Counted from the first letter of the stretch, positions 25,749 to 35,517 are shown. The stretch: 64,000 nt of DNA from Acidimicrobiia bacterium (GCA_022819505.1 JAJEHD010000015.1:1538-65537), one strand, 5' to 3'. Numbers and translations: made by a program. Notes: generated by a model from the letters alone, not told the origin.

Positions 25749-28582
25749 CGCTGCCCCTCGTCGGCTTCGAGGTCCCCCAGAACGTCGTCATCCTCGGTGT
25801 GATCACCGGTCTCACCTACTCGCTGCTGGGGCTGGGCATCACCCTCGTCTACCGGTCGTCGCGGGTCATCAACTTCGCCCACGGCGAGATGGGCGCGCTG
25901 GCTGCGCTGATGATCCCGATATTCGCCCTGAACCTCGGCTGGCCCTACGCCCTCGCGCTGGTCATCGCCCTGCTGGTGGCCGCGGCCACCGGCGGGCTGT
26001 TCGAGTTCCTGGTGATCCGGCCCCTGCGCTCGGCGTCGCGCCTCACCGTGCTGGTGGCCACCATCGGCGCCTCGCAACTGCTGTTCTTCGGCGGCGCGCT
26101 GCTGCCCAAGGGCGGCGACATCGTGGGCAAGATCTACCCGACACCCTTCGACTGGCGCATCACCGTCGGCACGCTCCTTCTCGGGCCCGGTCAGCTGACC
26201 ATCCTGGTGGCCGTACCGATCCTGACCGTCGCCCTGGCCCTGTTTCTCGGGCGCAGCCGGCTGGGCAAGGCCAGCCGGGCCGCGGCCGAGAACACCGACG
26301 CCGCCCGGCTGGCCGGGGTCCCGATCGACAAGGTGTCGTTCGCGGTGTGGACCGCGGCCGGGCTGCTGGCCGGTGTGTCGGCCATCCTCATCGGACCGAC
26401 CCGACCCCTGGCGCTGTCCCAGGCTCTCGGACCCCAGCTGATGCTGAAGGCGCTGGCCGCCGCGATGCTCGGCGGGCTCACCCGCCTCTCGTCGGTGTTC
26501 GTCGCCGGCATCGCCATCGGTGTGCTCGAGGCGCTCGTGCTGTGGAACTACCCGATCGGCGGCGCGCTGGACCTGGTGCTGCTGGCCGCGATCGCAGGCA
26601 GCTTCCTGATGCAGAAGCGGCTGGGCTCCGTGCTCCGGGGCTCCGAGCAGAGCTCCTGGACGCTGGCCGCCGCCATCGCGCCTCTCAAACCCGCCCTGGC
26701 CACCAACCTCAGGGTTCGATTCACCAAGATCGCCCTGCTGACGGCCGCGCTGGCAGTGGCCGCCTACCTGCCGGCCCGCATGACCTCGTCGGAGCAGTTC
26801 TTCATGGGAGCGGTCGCGCTGTTCGCGGTACTGGGTCTGTCGCTGGTGGTGCTGACCGGTTTCGCGGGCCAGGTGTCGATGGGGCAGTTCGCGTTCGTGG
26901 CCGTCGGCGCGGCCCTGGGCGGGCGCCTGTACCAGATGGGCCTTCCCCACGGGCCGGCGCTCGTGGCCGCCACCGCCGCCGGCGGGCTCGTGGCGCTGCT
27001 GATCGGACTGCCGGCGCTGCGTATCCGGGGTCTGTTCCTGGCCGTAATTACGCTCGCCTTCTCGGTGGCGGCCAGCGGTTGGCTGCTGGAGCAGGACTGG
27101 CTCAACCATCGGGGCAGCGACGGCGGCACCTCGATGTCGATCCCCCGGCCCACCTTCGCCGGGGTCGGCTTCGACCACGAGATCCGCTACTACTGGGTCT
27201 GCCTGGGCGCTCTGCTGATCACCATGTTCGTGGTCCACCGCCTGAGGCTCAGCGGCCTCGGCCGCAGGATGGTGGCCGTGAGGGACAACGAGCCGTCGGC
27301 GTCGAGCGTGGCCGTGTCGCCCCGCACGACGAAGCTGTCGGCCTTCGTGATCTCGGGGATGATCGCCTCCTTCGGCGGCTTCCTCTACGGCGGGCTGCTG
27401 GTGACGTTCTCCGGGGACATCGGCGGGACCTTCGGCCCCGGCGAGTCGCTGTCACTGGTGGTGATGACCATCTTCGGCGGGGTGACCACCATCACCGGGG
27501 CGGTGCTGGGAGCCTTCTGGGTTCAGGGCATCCCCCGGATCCTGGGCGAGGACTGGGGCCTGCTGTCGTCGGGGATGGGCGTGCTGGCGGTGCTGCTGCT
27601 GCTGCCGGGCGGGCTGGCGTCGCTGGTGTTCGCCACCCGCGACAAGCTGGTGGAGGCGGCCATCGACCGGGGGCTGCTACCGGCGGGCGAGACAGCCGGC
27701 CCTCCCGACCGGGAACCGGCCGGAGCAGCGCCCGCCGCGCCCGCTCCCCATGCCGGCGGGCCGGACGCGCCGCCCGGCGACGGGATCGAGATACTGGTGG
27801 CCTCCGGGATCTCGGTGTCCTACGGGGGCGTCCATGCGGTGCGCGATGTCTCCATAGGCGTGAAGCGCCACGAGATCGTCGGGGTGATGGGGCCCAACGG
27901 CGCCGGCAAGACCACGCTGTTCGACGCTCTCTCCGGCCACCGGCGTCCCGACTCGGGGAAGGTGCTGCTGGACGGGCGTGACATCAGCTCACTTCCCGCG
28001 CACCGCCGGGCACGACTTGGACTGGGCCGATCGTTCCAGCAGGCCCGGCTGTTCGAGGACATGATGCTGGTGGACGCGGTGAGCCTCGCGCTCGAGCGCC
28101 GGCACCCGACCCGGCTGGGCCCGGCACTGCTGGGGACGCCGCGGGCCCGCCGCCAGGAGCGGGAGCGCCAACGGATCGCGCTCGGGGTGCTCACCGACCT
28201 CGGTCTCCGGGGGCATGCCCACACCCAGATCGCCAACCTCTCGACCGGCACCCGGCGCCTGGCCGAGCTGGCCTGCGCCTCCGCGCTCGGGGCCCACGTC
28301 GTGCTGCTCGATGAGCCCACCGCAGGGCTGAGCCATCGTGAGGTCAGCGACTTCGTGCGGGTCATCTCGGAGTTGCGGTCCCGGGCCGGCATGACCTTCG
28401 TGGTGATCGACCACGACGTGGCCATGATGCGGTCGCTGGTGGACCGCCTGTACGTCCTCGAAGCCGGCGAGGAGATCGCGGCGGGCCCGCCCGAGATTCT
28501 CGACACGGACCCCAGGGTGATCGAGGCCTACATGGGCACCCAAACCGACGCCGGCCCACCGGCGCGAGGGATCACGACATGA
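25745..28582 (+). CDS. triple fusion LivH-like + LivM-like permeases + LivG-like ABC ATPase (paralog of 11711..14560)
   Basis: LGLGITLVYRSSRVINFAHGEMG is LivH-like. LTGFAGQVSMGQFAFVAVGA is LivM-like. From about 27790, VSYGGVHAVRDVS...GVMGPNGAGKTT, LSTGTRR and VLLDEPTAGL are LivG-like. Confidence 0.85.
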   Translation: MTLPLVGFEVPQNVVILGVITGLTYSLLGLGITLVYRSSRVINFAHGEMGALAALMIPIFALNLGWPYALALVIALLVAAATGGLFEFLVIRPLRSASRLTVLVATIGASQLLFFGGALLPKGGDIVGKIYPTPFDWRITVGTLLLGPGQLTILVAVPILTVALALFLGRSRLGKASRAAAENTDAARLAGVPIDKVSFAVWTAAGLLAGVSAILIGPTRPLALSQALGPQLMLKALAAAMLGGLTRLSSVFVAGIAIGVLEALVLWNYPIGGALDLVLLAAIAGSFLMQKRLGSVLRGSEQSSWTLAAAIAPLKPALATNLRVRFTKIALLTAALAVAAYLPARMTSSEQFFMGAVALFAVLGLSLVVLTGFAGQVSMGQFAFVAVGAALGGRLYQMGLPHGPALVAATAAGGLVALLIGLPALRIRGLFLAVITLAFSVAASGWLLEQDWLNHRGSDGGTSMSIPRPTFAGVGFDHEIRYYWVCLGALLITMFVVHRLRLSGLGRRMVAVRDNEPSASSVAVSPRTTKLSAFVISGMIASFGGFLYGGLLVTFSGDIGGTFGPGESLSLVVMTIFGGVTTITGAVLGAFWVQGIPRILGEDWGLLSSGMGVLAVLLLLPGGLASLVFATRDKLVEAAIDRGLLPAGETAGPPDREPAGAAPAAPAPHAGGPDAPPGDGIEILVASGISVSYGGVHAVRDVSIGVKRHEIVGVMGPNGAGKTTLFDALSGHRRPDSGKVLLDGRDISSLPAHRRARLGLGRSFQQARLFEDMMLVDAVSLALERRHPTRLGPALLGTPRARRQERERQRIALGVLTDLGLRGHAHTQIANLSTGTRRLAELACASALGAHVVLLDEPTAGLSHREVSDFVRVISELRSRAGMTFVVIDHDVAMMRSLVDRLYVLEAGEEIAAGPPEILDTDPRVIEAYMGTQTDAGPPARGITT

Positions 28583-29478
28583 CCGAGTTCGTCGACACCC
28601 ACGTGCATTTCTGGGACCACCGGGTCGAGGGCCTCCACTGGCGCTATCTCGACCCAAAGTTCGAGCATCCCCGCCTCAAGGGAATGCACCGCCTCGATGC
28701 CCCGCAGTTCACCGCGGCCGAACTGCGGGCCCAGGCAGGCGACCACGCTCCCGACCGGATCGTGCACATCCAGTCCTGTGTGGAGAGGGTCGCCGGACTG
28801 GAGACGGCCTGGCTGCAGTCGATGGCCGACGAGCAGGGGACCCCTGATGCCATCATCGCGCAGGCCCATCCCGCCGACGCCGACATCGCGTCGGTGATCG
28901 AGGCCAATACCGGCCACCGGCTGCTGCGCGGCTTCAGGGACATGCTGTCGCCCGGCACCATCGACAGCGGCGCCTTTGTCGAGGGCTTCGACCTGATAGC
29001 CGACGCCGGGCTGAGCCTCGAGGTGCTGGTCCCCTACCCCAAGTTCGACGCGGTCTGCGCCCTGGCCGACCGCCGGCCTGACGCCACGCTGATTCTGGGG
29101 CACGCCGGCCAGCCTGTGCAGCGCGACCGCGACTACTTCAAGGAGTGGTCGCACGGCATCAACCTGGTGGCATCCCGTCCCAATGTCGTGGTGAAGATCT
29201 CGGCCCTGGCCAGCGGCGCCGACCCGGACTGGAGCATCGACAGCATCAGAGGATGGGCCCAGCACTGCATCGAGGCCTTCGGCCCCGACCGGGCCATGTT
29301 CGGCACCAACTGGCCCATCGACCGCCTCTACGGCAGCTACGCCGCCCTCGTCGAGGCCTACCTGGAGATCACCTCGACGCTGACCGCCGCCGAGCGCCGA
29401 GACCTGTTCTCAGCCACCGCCAGCCGCGTCTACCGCCTCGATGATCCGGCGCTTGATACCCTCGAATCCCGCCCATGA
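28579..29478 (+). CDS. amidohydrolase_2 family hydrolase (paralog of 18093..18983)
   Basis: It starts FVDTHVHFWDH and has an ATGA overlap with the upstream gene. Confidence 0.8.
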   Translation: MTEFVDTHVHFWDHRVEGLHWRYLDPKFEHPRLKGMHRLDAPQFTAAELRAQAGDHAPDRIVHIQSCVERVAGLETAWLQSMADEQGTPDAIIAQAHPADADIASVIEANTGHRLLRGFRDMLSPGTIDSGAFVEGFDLIADAGLSLEVLVPYPKFDAVCALADRRPDATLILGHAGQPVQRDRDYFKEWSHGINLVASRPNVVVKISALASGADPDWSIDSIRGWAQHCIEAFGPDRAMFGTNWPIDRLYGSYAALVEAYLEITSTLTAAERRDLFSATASRVYRLDDPALDTLESRP

Positions 29479-30314
29479 CGAACGAGACGATCCGCCTGCA
29501 GCCGCTCACGGGTTCCGTCGGTGTGAGCCTCAGCGGCATCGACCTGACCACCGACTTCACCGAGGCCGAGGCGGACGCGCTCCGATCGGCCCTCTACAAC
29601 CACTGCGTGCTCATCCTGCGAGACCAGTTCCTGTCCCCGGACGACCACATGCGGCTGGCCGCGGTTTTCGGCGAGCCCTTCCTGCCCTGGTACTACGCCA
29701 AGAACTCGCTCGACGACTACCCGAAGATCGCCATCGTGCCCAACTTCGGCAAGGCCAAGGCCCCGGCCGAGTCGTGGCACACCGACTGGTCACACATGCC
29801 CACCCCGCCGACGGTGTCGGTCGCCCTGGCCCACGTCCTGCCCGAGACCGGCGGCGACACGATGTTCTCCAACCAGTACGTGGCCTACGACCGCCTGTCG
29901 GAGGGCATGAAGCAGCTCATCGCCGGCCGGCGGGGCAAGTTCGTGGGATCGCGGCCCAAGCGAGTCCAGAAGATGCACGGCAGGCCGGACACGCTTCCCT
30001 CCACCGAACGCGAACCGGTGGACAACTACCACCCAATCGCCCGGGTCCACCCGGAAACGGGCCGGACCGCCCTCTACCTCAACCGGCCCGGCAAGTCGAT
30101 GGTCGCCATCGAGGGCCTCACCGAGGCCGAGAGCCTCCCCATCCTCCAGTTCCTGTACGACCAGTCCTCGACCCCCGACAACGTCTACCGCCATCAGTGG
30201 CGACCCGGCGACGTCGTCTGCTGGGACAACCAGTGCGCCATGCACTACGGGGTCCACGACTACGGCGACGCCGAGCGCACCCTCCACCGGATAACCGTGG
30301 GCGGGGCGGAGTGA
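29475..30314 (+). CDS. TauD/TfdA family Fe(II)/2-oxoglutarate dioxygenase
   Basis: Contains the WHTDWSH (HxD) motif, GGDTMFSNQ and the distal His in CAMHYGVHDY. Confidence 0.85.
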   Translation: MTNETIRLQPLTGSVGVSLSGIDLTTDFTEAEADALRSALYNHCVLILRDQFLSPDDHMRLAAVFGEPFLPWYYAKNSLDDYPKIAIVPNFGKAKAPAESWHTDWSHMPTPPTVSVALAHVLPETGGDTMFSNQYVAYDRLSEGMKQLIAGRRGKFVGSRPKRVQKMHGRPDTLPSTEREPVDNYHPIARVHPETGRTALYLNRPGKSMVAIEGLTEAESLPILQFLYDQSSTPDNVYRHQWRPGDVVCWDNQCAMHYGVHDYGDAERTLHRITVGGAE

Positions 30315-30330
30315 GGATCCTCGGCCGGGT

Positions 30331-31377
30331 GTGACCACCATGGCGAGCGCTGCTGGCACCCAGCCCGACAGTCGCTCCGGCTCCGGTCACGTCCTGTTCT
30401 GCACGGACACCTTCCTCCGCGACCATGGAGCGAGGCTGCGAGCCGCCGCGCCCCTCATCGACGTGGTCACGCTCGACCGGGACGACACGATCGCTAGTGG
30501 CGACATCGAGCAGGCGACGATCGCGTTCATGTCCCCGGACACCTGGCCGGACCGGGCCCGCCCCTTCTTCGACGGCGTCGCCGCGGCCGCGAGCCTCGAC
30601 TGGTTCCACAGCATGTTCGCCGGTGTCGACGGTCCGATCTTCAAGGCGCTGGCGGCCCGCGGCGTCCGGGTCTCCCGATCGGCGGGCGCATCGGCCAACG
30701 CCATCGCCGAGACCGTCTTCATGTTCCTCCACGGACTCGGGCGCAACCTTCACCACGCACGCCGCGACTACGCCGAACGCCGCTTTCAGTGGCACCTCTG
30801 GCGCGCGCTCGAGCATCGCCGCATCGCCGTGCTCGGCTACGGACCGGTCGGCCAGCGAATCGTTCATCTCGCGCTGGCCTACGGCATGCGCCCGACGATC
30901 CTTCGCCGGCACGCCCGCGGCGATGAGCCCTGCCCGACGCGACGGTTGGACGAGCTCGGCGACGTGGTCTCCGACCAGGACGTGATCGTCACCGCCCTGC
31001 CGCTGACCGATGACACCCGCAACATCGTCTCCGCCGACGTCATCGCAGCCATGGGCCCGGACACCGTGTTCATCAACGTGGCCCGGGGCGCGCTCGTGGA
31101 CCAGGCTGCGCTCACCGGCGCGCTTAGGGCCGGAAAGATCGCTGGAGCAGGCCTCGACGTCTTCGCATCCGAGCCGCTCCCCGCCGACGACCCGCTCTGG
31201 GATTCGCCGAACGTGCTGATCACGCCGCACAACGCCGGCTCGAGCCACGGGAGCCGGCTGCAGATCGTCGACGGCTTCTTCGAGAACCTCGACCTGTACC
31301 TCGCCGGCCGGCCGATACGGCACGAAGTACTCGCCGAGCGCCAAAAGGCTCCGCCACCCGGCTCTGTCTCCCAGTAG
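30331..31377 (+). CDS. D-isomer-specific 2-hydroxyacid dehydrogenase family, NAD-binding
   Basis: Contains VLGYGPVGQ, INVARGALVD and GLDVFASEPLP...ITPHNAG. The start is GTG 30331 or ATG 30340. Confidence 0.85.
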   Translation: MTTMASAAGTQPDSRSGSGHVLFCTDTFLRDHGARLRAAAPLIDVVTLDRDDTIASGDIEQATIAFMSPDTWPDRARPFFDGVAAAASLDWFHSMFAGVDGPIFKALAARGVRVSRSAGASANAIAETVFMFLHGLGRNLHHARRDYAERRFQWHLWRALEHRRIAVLGYGPVGQRIVHLALAYGMRPTILRRHARGDEPCPTRRLDELGDVVSDQDVIVTALPLTDDTRNIVSADVIAAMGPDTVFINVARGALVDQAALTGALRAGKIAGAGLDVFASEPLPADDPLWDSPNVLITPHNAGSSHGSRLQIVDGFFENLDLYLAGRPIRHEVLAERQKAPPPGSVSQ

Positions 31378-31382
31378 TCCGA

Positions 31383-31400
31383 AAAAGAGTATCCTGAATA
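31383..31400. promoter_or_regulatory. AT-rich box, site 3 of 10 (AAAAGAGTATCCTGAATA)
   Basis: It fills most of the 26-nt gap between 31377 and 31404. TATCCT ends 8 nt before the ATG. Confidence 0.55.
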
Positions 31401-31403
31401 GCC

Positions 31404-33053
31404 ATGGCCGCTTCGCAGCACAACGACGGCCTCTCGGGAGGCCCGCCCCGGTACTTCTCGATCGCCGAGCCCGAGCCGGGGATCGTCCTGGTAGGGACCT
31501 GCGTTCGGGGTATCGCTCGCTCCGCCGACAACGCCACGACCTGGAAGCCGGTGGACGGCCTCGACCACATCAGCATCAACGCCTTCGCCGCCACCGCAGG
31601 CGGCGGCATCCTGGCGGCCACCTCCGGAGGCCTCTGGCGCTCCAATGACCAGGGTCGGAGCTGGGATCAACTCGACGACGAGCCGATCTACGCGACCACC
31701 CCGTCCGGTCCCGGCCGGCCCGAGAGGGTCACCACCTTCCGGCTCATGCAGCTTCGAGACGGGCGCACGCTCGCCGGCACCGACGGAACCGGCATCTGGG
31801 CCCGCGACGGCCACAGCTCGTGGGCTCGGTTCGGCGCCGGTGGGTTGACCGTCCACAGTCTCGCCGAGACGCCGACCGGTTCAGTCCTGGCCGGTACCCA
31901 CGGCGACGGTGTGGTCCGATCCGGCGACGGCGGCGCTACCTGGGACACGTCGTCGGAAGGCCTCCCCGACTCCTCGGTCCATGCGCTCACCGTCCTCGAC
32001 GACGGCTCGATCCTCGCAGGAACGGGCCAGGGTCTCGCCCGCTCGCTCGACGACGGCCGGACTTGGCAGCGGATCGCCGCCGAACTCGACAGCCACCGCA
32101 TCTTCTCGGTTCATCAACTGGACGACGGGCGCCTCATGGCCGGAAGCTACGCCCACCTCTGGATCGGCGAAGGTGACACGTGGCGCCTCGTCGACCCCGG
32201 CCTGACCCCCGACGAGACCTGGTCGATCTGCTTCTCCGGCGACGACATCTACGCCGGCGCCAAGGCCGGCCTCCTGCGGTCGCAGGACCGGGGCAGGACC
32301 TTCGTGAACATCGCTCCCGAGTCGGTCGTCTTCGGCTTCGACCGGACCGCGACCGGCCACGTACTCGCCGGCGGTGACTGGGGCGTGCGCGCCAGCGCGG
32401 ACTGGGTTCCAGTGGGCGAGTTGGGCCCGAGGGCTTTCGCCGTCCTTGAAGTAGGGGCCGGACACCTCCTCGCAGGAACGCTCAGCGAGGGCCTCGTGGA
32501 GTACCTCGACGGGGTCTGGAGGCCGGTCGCCGGCGGCCCGCCCCATCGGCAGGTGTACCAGTTCCATCGCGCCGCCGGTGGACGGCTGTTGGCATGCACC
32601 GGGGACGTGATCGACGGGACCAAGGTCGGCGGTGTCTTCGCCTCCGACGACGGCGGCAGAACATGGGCCGAGACCCTCTCCGGTCGCAGCTACTACAGCC
32701 TCACGCAGACATCCGACGGCACGATCTACGCCGGCGGCCGCCGCTGCTACATCTCCGCGTCCACCGACAACGGCGACACCTGGGACCCCCGGCCCCTGCC
32801 CCTGGGCCGCGAAGCCAAGATGTACTCCCTGTACGCCGACAGCCGGGACCGGCTCTTCCTCGGCGCCGGGGGGCAACTGCTGCGCAGCGACGACGGCGCC
32901 CGCACCTGGACCGTCCTCGACGACGGGATCGACGGGGTGAGCTTCTACGACCTCCGGGAAGGCCCCGGCCCGATCCTGGCGGGAGCCACCAACAGCGGGG
33001 TGTACACCAGCGCCGACGGCGGCGAGACGTGGCAAGCCGGCAGTCTTGGCTGA
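31404..33053 (+). CDS. BNR/Asp-box repeat beta-propeller protein, no signal peptide
   Basis: Nine S-x-D-x-G-x-T-W/F boxes are present (SADNATTW, SNDQGRSW, SGDGGATW, SLDDGRTW, SQDRGRTF, SDDGGRTW, STDNGDTW, SDDGARTW, SADGGETW). Confidence 0.85.
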   Translation: MAASQHNDGLSGGPPRYFSIAEPEPGIVLVGTCVRGIARSADNATTWKPVDGLDHISINAFAATAGGGILAATSGGLWRSNDQGRSWDQLDDEPIYATTPSGPGRPERVTTFRLMQLRDGRTLAGTDGTGIWARDGHSSWARFGAGGLTVHSLAETPTGSVLAGTHGDGVVRSGDGGATWDTSSEGLPDSSVHALTVLDDGSILAGTGQGLARSLDDGRTWQRIAAELDSHRIFSVHQLDDGRLMAGSYAHLWIGEGDTWRLVDPGLTPDETWSICFSGDDIYAGAKAGLLRSQDRGRTFVNIAPESVVFGFDRTATGHVLAGGDWGVRASADWVPVGELGPRAFAVLEVGAGHLLAGTLSEGLVEYLDGVWRPVAGGPPHRQVYQFHRAAGGRLLACTGDVIDGTKVGGVFASDDGGRTWAETLSGRSYYSLTQTSDGTIYAGGRRCYISASTDNGDTWDPRPLPLGREAKMYSLYADSRDRLFLGAGGQLLRSDDGARTWTVLDDGIDGVSFYDLREGPGPILAGATNSGVYTSADGGETWQAGSLG

Positions 33054-33078
33054 ACGGGAACCCCGTCGAAGCGCGGCA

Positions 33079-33096
33079 AATTGAGTATCCTGATAT
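33079..33096. promoter_or_regulatory. AT-rich box, site 4 of 10 (AATTGAGTATCCTGATAT)
   Basis: It lies in the 41-nt gap before the P450 gene and overlaps its first ATG. Confidence 0.55.
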
Positions 33097-34306
33097 GTTG
33101 AACGCCGTGGATGCGGAGGTCGACTTCGATCACCATTCGGAGGAGTTCGTCGCTGATCCGTGGTCGCAACTGGCTCGGCTGCGCTCTGAGTGCCCGGTGG
33201 CCCGGACCGGCAGCCACGGCGGGTTCTGGGTGCTGACCGGCTACGAGGAGATCCGCCAGGTGGCCACCGACGACGAGACGTTCTCCTCCGCGGAGACCCT
33301 GGTGATCCCGCCCAAGAAGAACGTCGGGCAGAAGTCGATCCCCGCGGAGATGGACGCGCCCGAGTTCCTGGCGTTCCGGAAGGTCCTGCACCCGATGCTG
33401 TCGCCCGCGGCCGTGGACCGCATGACGCCGGTGATCGAGCGGTTCGTGCACGCCGCCATCGACGACTTCATCGAGGAAGGATCCTGCGACTTCGTCCACG
33501 ACTTCGCCGACCCGGTGCCCGCCATGACCACCCTCTACAAGCTCGGCCTGCCCGTGGAGCTGTGGAAGGACTTCTCGGTTCCGCTGCACCAGGTGGTGTT
33601 CCTGCGCCAGGACAGCCCCCGTCGGATCAATGTGCCCGAGGGGCTCCAGTTCGTGGCCCAGACGATCAAGGACACGATCGCCGCCCGGCGCAAGGCCCCG
33701 CGCGACGACATGATCTCCTACCTGCTCAACGCCACCGTCGACGGTCGACCGGTCACCGACCACGAGGTCAAGGAGATGGCCACCCTCATCGTCCAGGGCG
33801 GCTTCGACACCACCGGCTCAGCCATCTCCAACGCGCTCATACAGATGGACCATGACCGCGACCTGAGGCGCCGCCTCATCGAGGATCCGGCCCTGATGAC
33901 CTCTGCCGTCGAGGAGTTCCTGCGCTTCGAAGCGCCCCAGATGGCCATGGCCCGCACGGCCACCAGAGATGTGGTCATCGGCGACCGCCACATCTCGGCG
34001 GGGGACCTGGTGCTGATGGTGTGGGCTTCGGCCAACCGTGACGACTCCGTCTTCGAGGACCCCGACAGCATCGTCCCCGACCGGTTCCCGAACCGGCACG
34101 TGACCTTCGGCCTCGGCGCCCACCGGTGCCTGGGATCCAACCTGGCCCGGCGCCAGATCCAGGTCGCGCTGCAAGGCGTGCTGCGCCGGCTACCCGACTA
34201 CGCCATCGACCATGACAACGCCGTGAGGGCCGAGACGGTCGGCATCGTCTACGGCATGTTCTCGCTGCCCGCGCTCTTCCCGGCCGGCGAACGATGGTTC
34301 CCGTAA
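33095..34306 (+). CDS. cytochrome P450
   Basis: Contains the heme loop FGLGAHRCLGSNLA, the ExxR motif (EEFLRFE) and the I-helix GGFDTTGS. The start may be ATG 33095 or the adjacent TTG 33098 / GTG 33107. The upstream 167 codons of the long ORF overlap the BNR gene. Confidence 0.85.
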   Translation: MLNAVDAEVDFDHHSEEFVADPWSQLARLRSECPVARTGSHGGFWVLTGYEEIRQVATDDETFSSAETLVIPPKKNVGQKSIPAEMDAPEFLAFRKVLHPMLSPAAVDRMTPVIERFVHAAIDDFIEEGSCDFVHDFADPVPAMTTLYKLGLPVELWKDFSVPLHQVVFLRQDSPRRINVPEGLQFVAQTIKDTIAARRKAPRDDMISYLLNATVDGRPVTDHEVKEMATLIVQGGFDTTGSAISNALIQMDHDRDLRRRLIEDPALMTSAVEEFLRFEAPQMAMARTATRDVVIGDRHISAGDLVLMVWASANRDDSVFEDPDSIVPDRFPNRHVTFGLGAHRCLGSNLARRQIQVALQGVLRRLPDYAIDHDNAVRAETVGIVYGMFSLPALFPAGERWFP

Positions 34307-34337
34307 CCCAGCCCGACTGACAGGAGCGCACCGCACC

Positions 34338-35498
34338 ATGAGAGAAGGCTTCGAGTTCATCGACACCGACCACCACGTCGGCCCGAACATGGAGACGCTG
34401 CACAAGTACGCCAGCCCCGCGCTGCTCGACCGCTGGGACGAACTGCTCCCCTACTACATGAAGGTCACCGAGGGGCATCACCTGAGCGTGGCGCCCATCC
34501 CCTACCGGCGCGACCTGTACACCGGCACCGACGACCAGCAGACGGCAGTGGGCCAGCGCGGCGCCCAGGGCCCCCTCGGAAGCGCGGTCAAGCTCAACTT
34601 CGACGTCAAGCCGGTCCCCGAGGTCAACAACGAGAACAACCGCGGGCGCCTCGACGACATGGACGCCGAGGGAGTCGACATCGCGCTGATCTTCCCGTCG
34701 ACGTTCTCCACCGCGTCCACCGCGCTCGACGCCGGCATCCAAACCGAGCTGTACGCCGCCTACCACCGCTACCTCGGCGACTACTGCGGCATCGACACCG
34801 ACCGGCTGAAGGCCGCGCTGGTGCTCAACGCCCGCGACCCGGAATGGTCGGTGGCCGAACTGGAGTCGCTGGCCGGCGAGCCGTGGGTGGCCGCCGTCTC
34901 GGTGATGCTGCCCGAAGGCCTGCCCGTCGACGACCCCTCGCTCGACGGGATCTGGGCCCTGATGAACGACGCCGACCTGCCGCTGGTGCACCACTCGTTC
35001 TTCTACGAGCCGCCCTATTTTCCCGGTTACCGCGACATCTGGGGCAACCTGGCCATCGCCCGCATGGCCGCCCACCCCTGGGGGGCCCAGCGCCTGGTGG
35101 CCTACGTGACCCTGAGCGGGATGTTCGACCGCTACCCCAACCTGCGGATCGGTTTCGCCGAGTGCTCCGGCGGTTGGGTCGGCCCCTGGCTGAACCGCAT
35201 GACCTACCAGGCCGACTACCTGGCCTCGAAGCTCCCCCGCATCGAAAAGACGCCCATCGAGTACGCGCTGGACGGCCACATCTTCTGCGGCATCGAGCTC
35301 GACGAGGGCCCCGACGCGGTGAAGGCGGTGTCGGCCGTGGTGGGCGACGGGATCCTGATGTACTCGTCGGACTATCCCCACGGCGGCTGCCGGTTCCCAA
35401 ACTCAGTCGATATCGCTCTGAAGTGGCGCGACGACCTCGGCGACGAGACCTTCCGCAAGATCGCCAGCGAGAACGCCCGCCGCTTCCTGCGTATGTGA
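34338..35498 (+). CDS. amidohydrolase_2 family protein (ACMSD-like decarboxylase/hydratase type)
   Basis: Contains FIDTDHHVGPN and MYSSDYPHGG. CAGGAGCG lies upstream of the ATG. Confidence 0.8.
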   Translation: MREGFEFIDTDHHVGPNMETLHKYASPALLDRWDELLPYYMKVTEGHHLSVAPIPYRRDLYTGTDDQQTAVGQRGAQGPLGSAVKLNFDVKPVPEVNNENNRGRLDDMDAEGVDIALIFPSTFSTASTALDAGIQTELYAAYHRYLGDYCGIDTDRLKAALVLNARDPEWSVAELESLAGEPWVAAVSVMLPEGLPVDDPSLDGIWALMNDADLPLVHHSFFYEPPYFPGYRDIWGNLAIARMAAHPWGAQRLVAYVTLSGMFDRYPNLRIGFAECSGGWVGPWLNRMTYQADYLASKLPRIEKTPIEYALDGHIFCGIELDEGPDAVKAVSAVVGDGILMYSSDYPHGGCRFPNSVDIALKWRDDLGDETFRKIASENARRFLRM

Positions 35499-35517
35499 GA
35501 TCGATCCTGTAGGGGCC

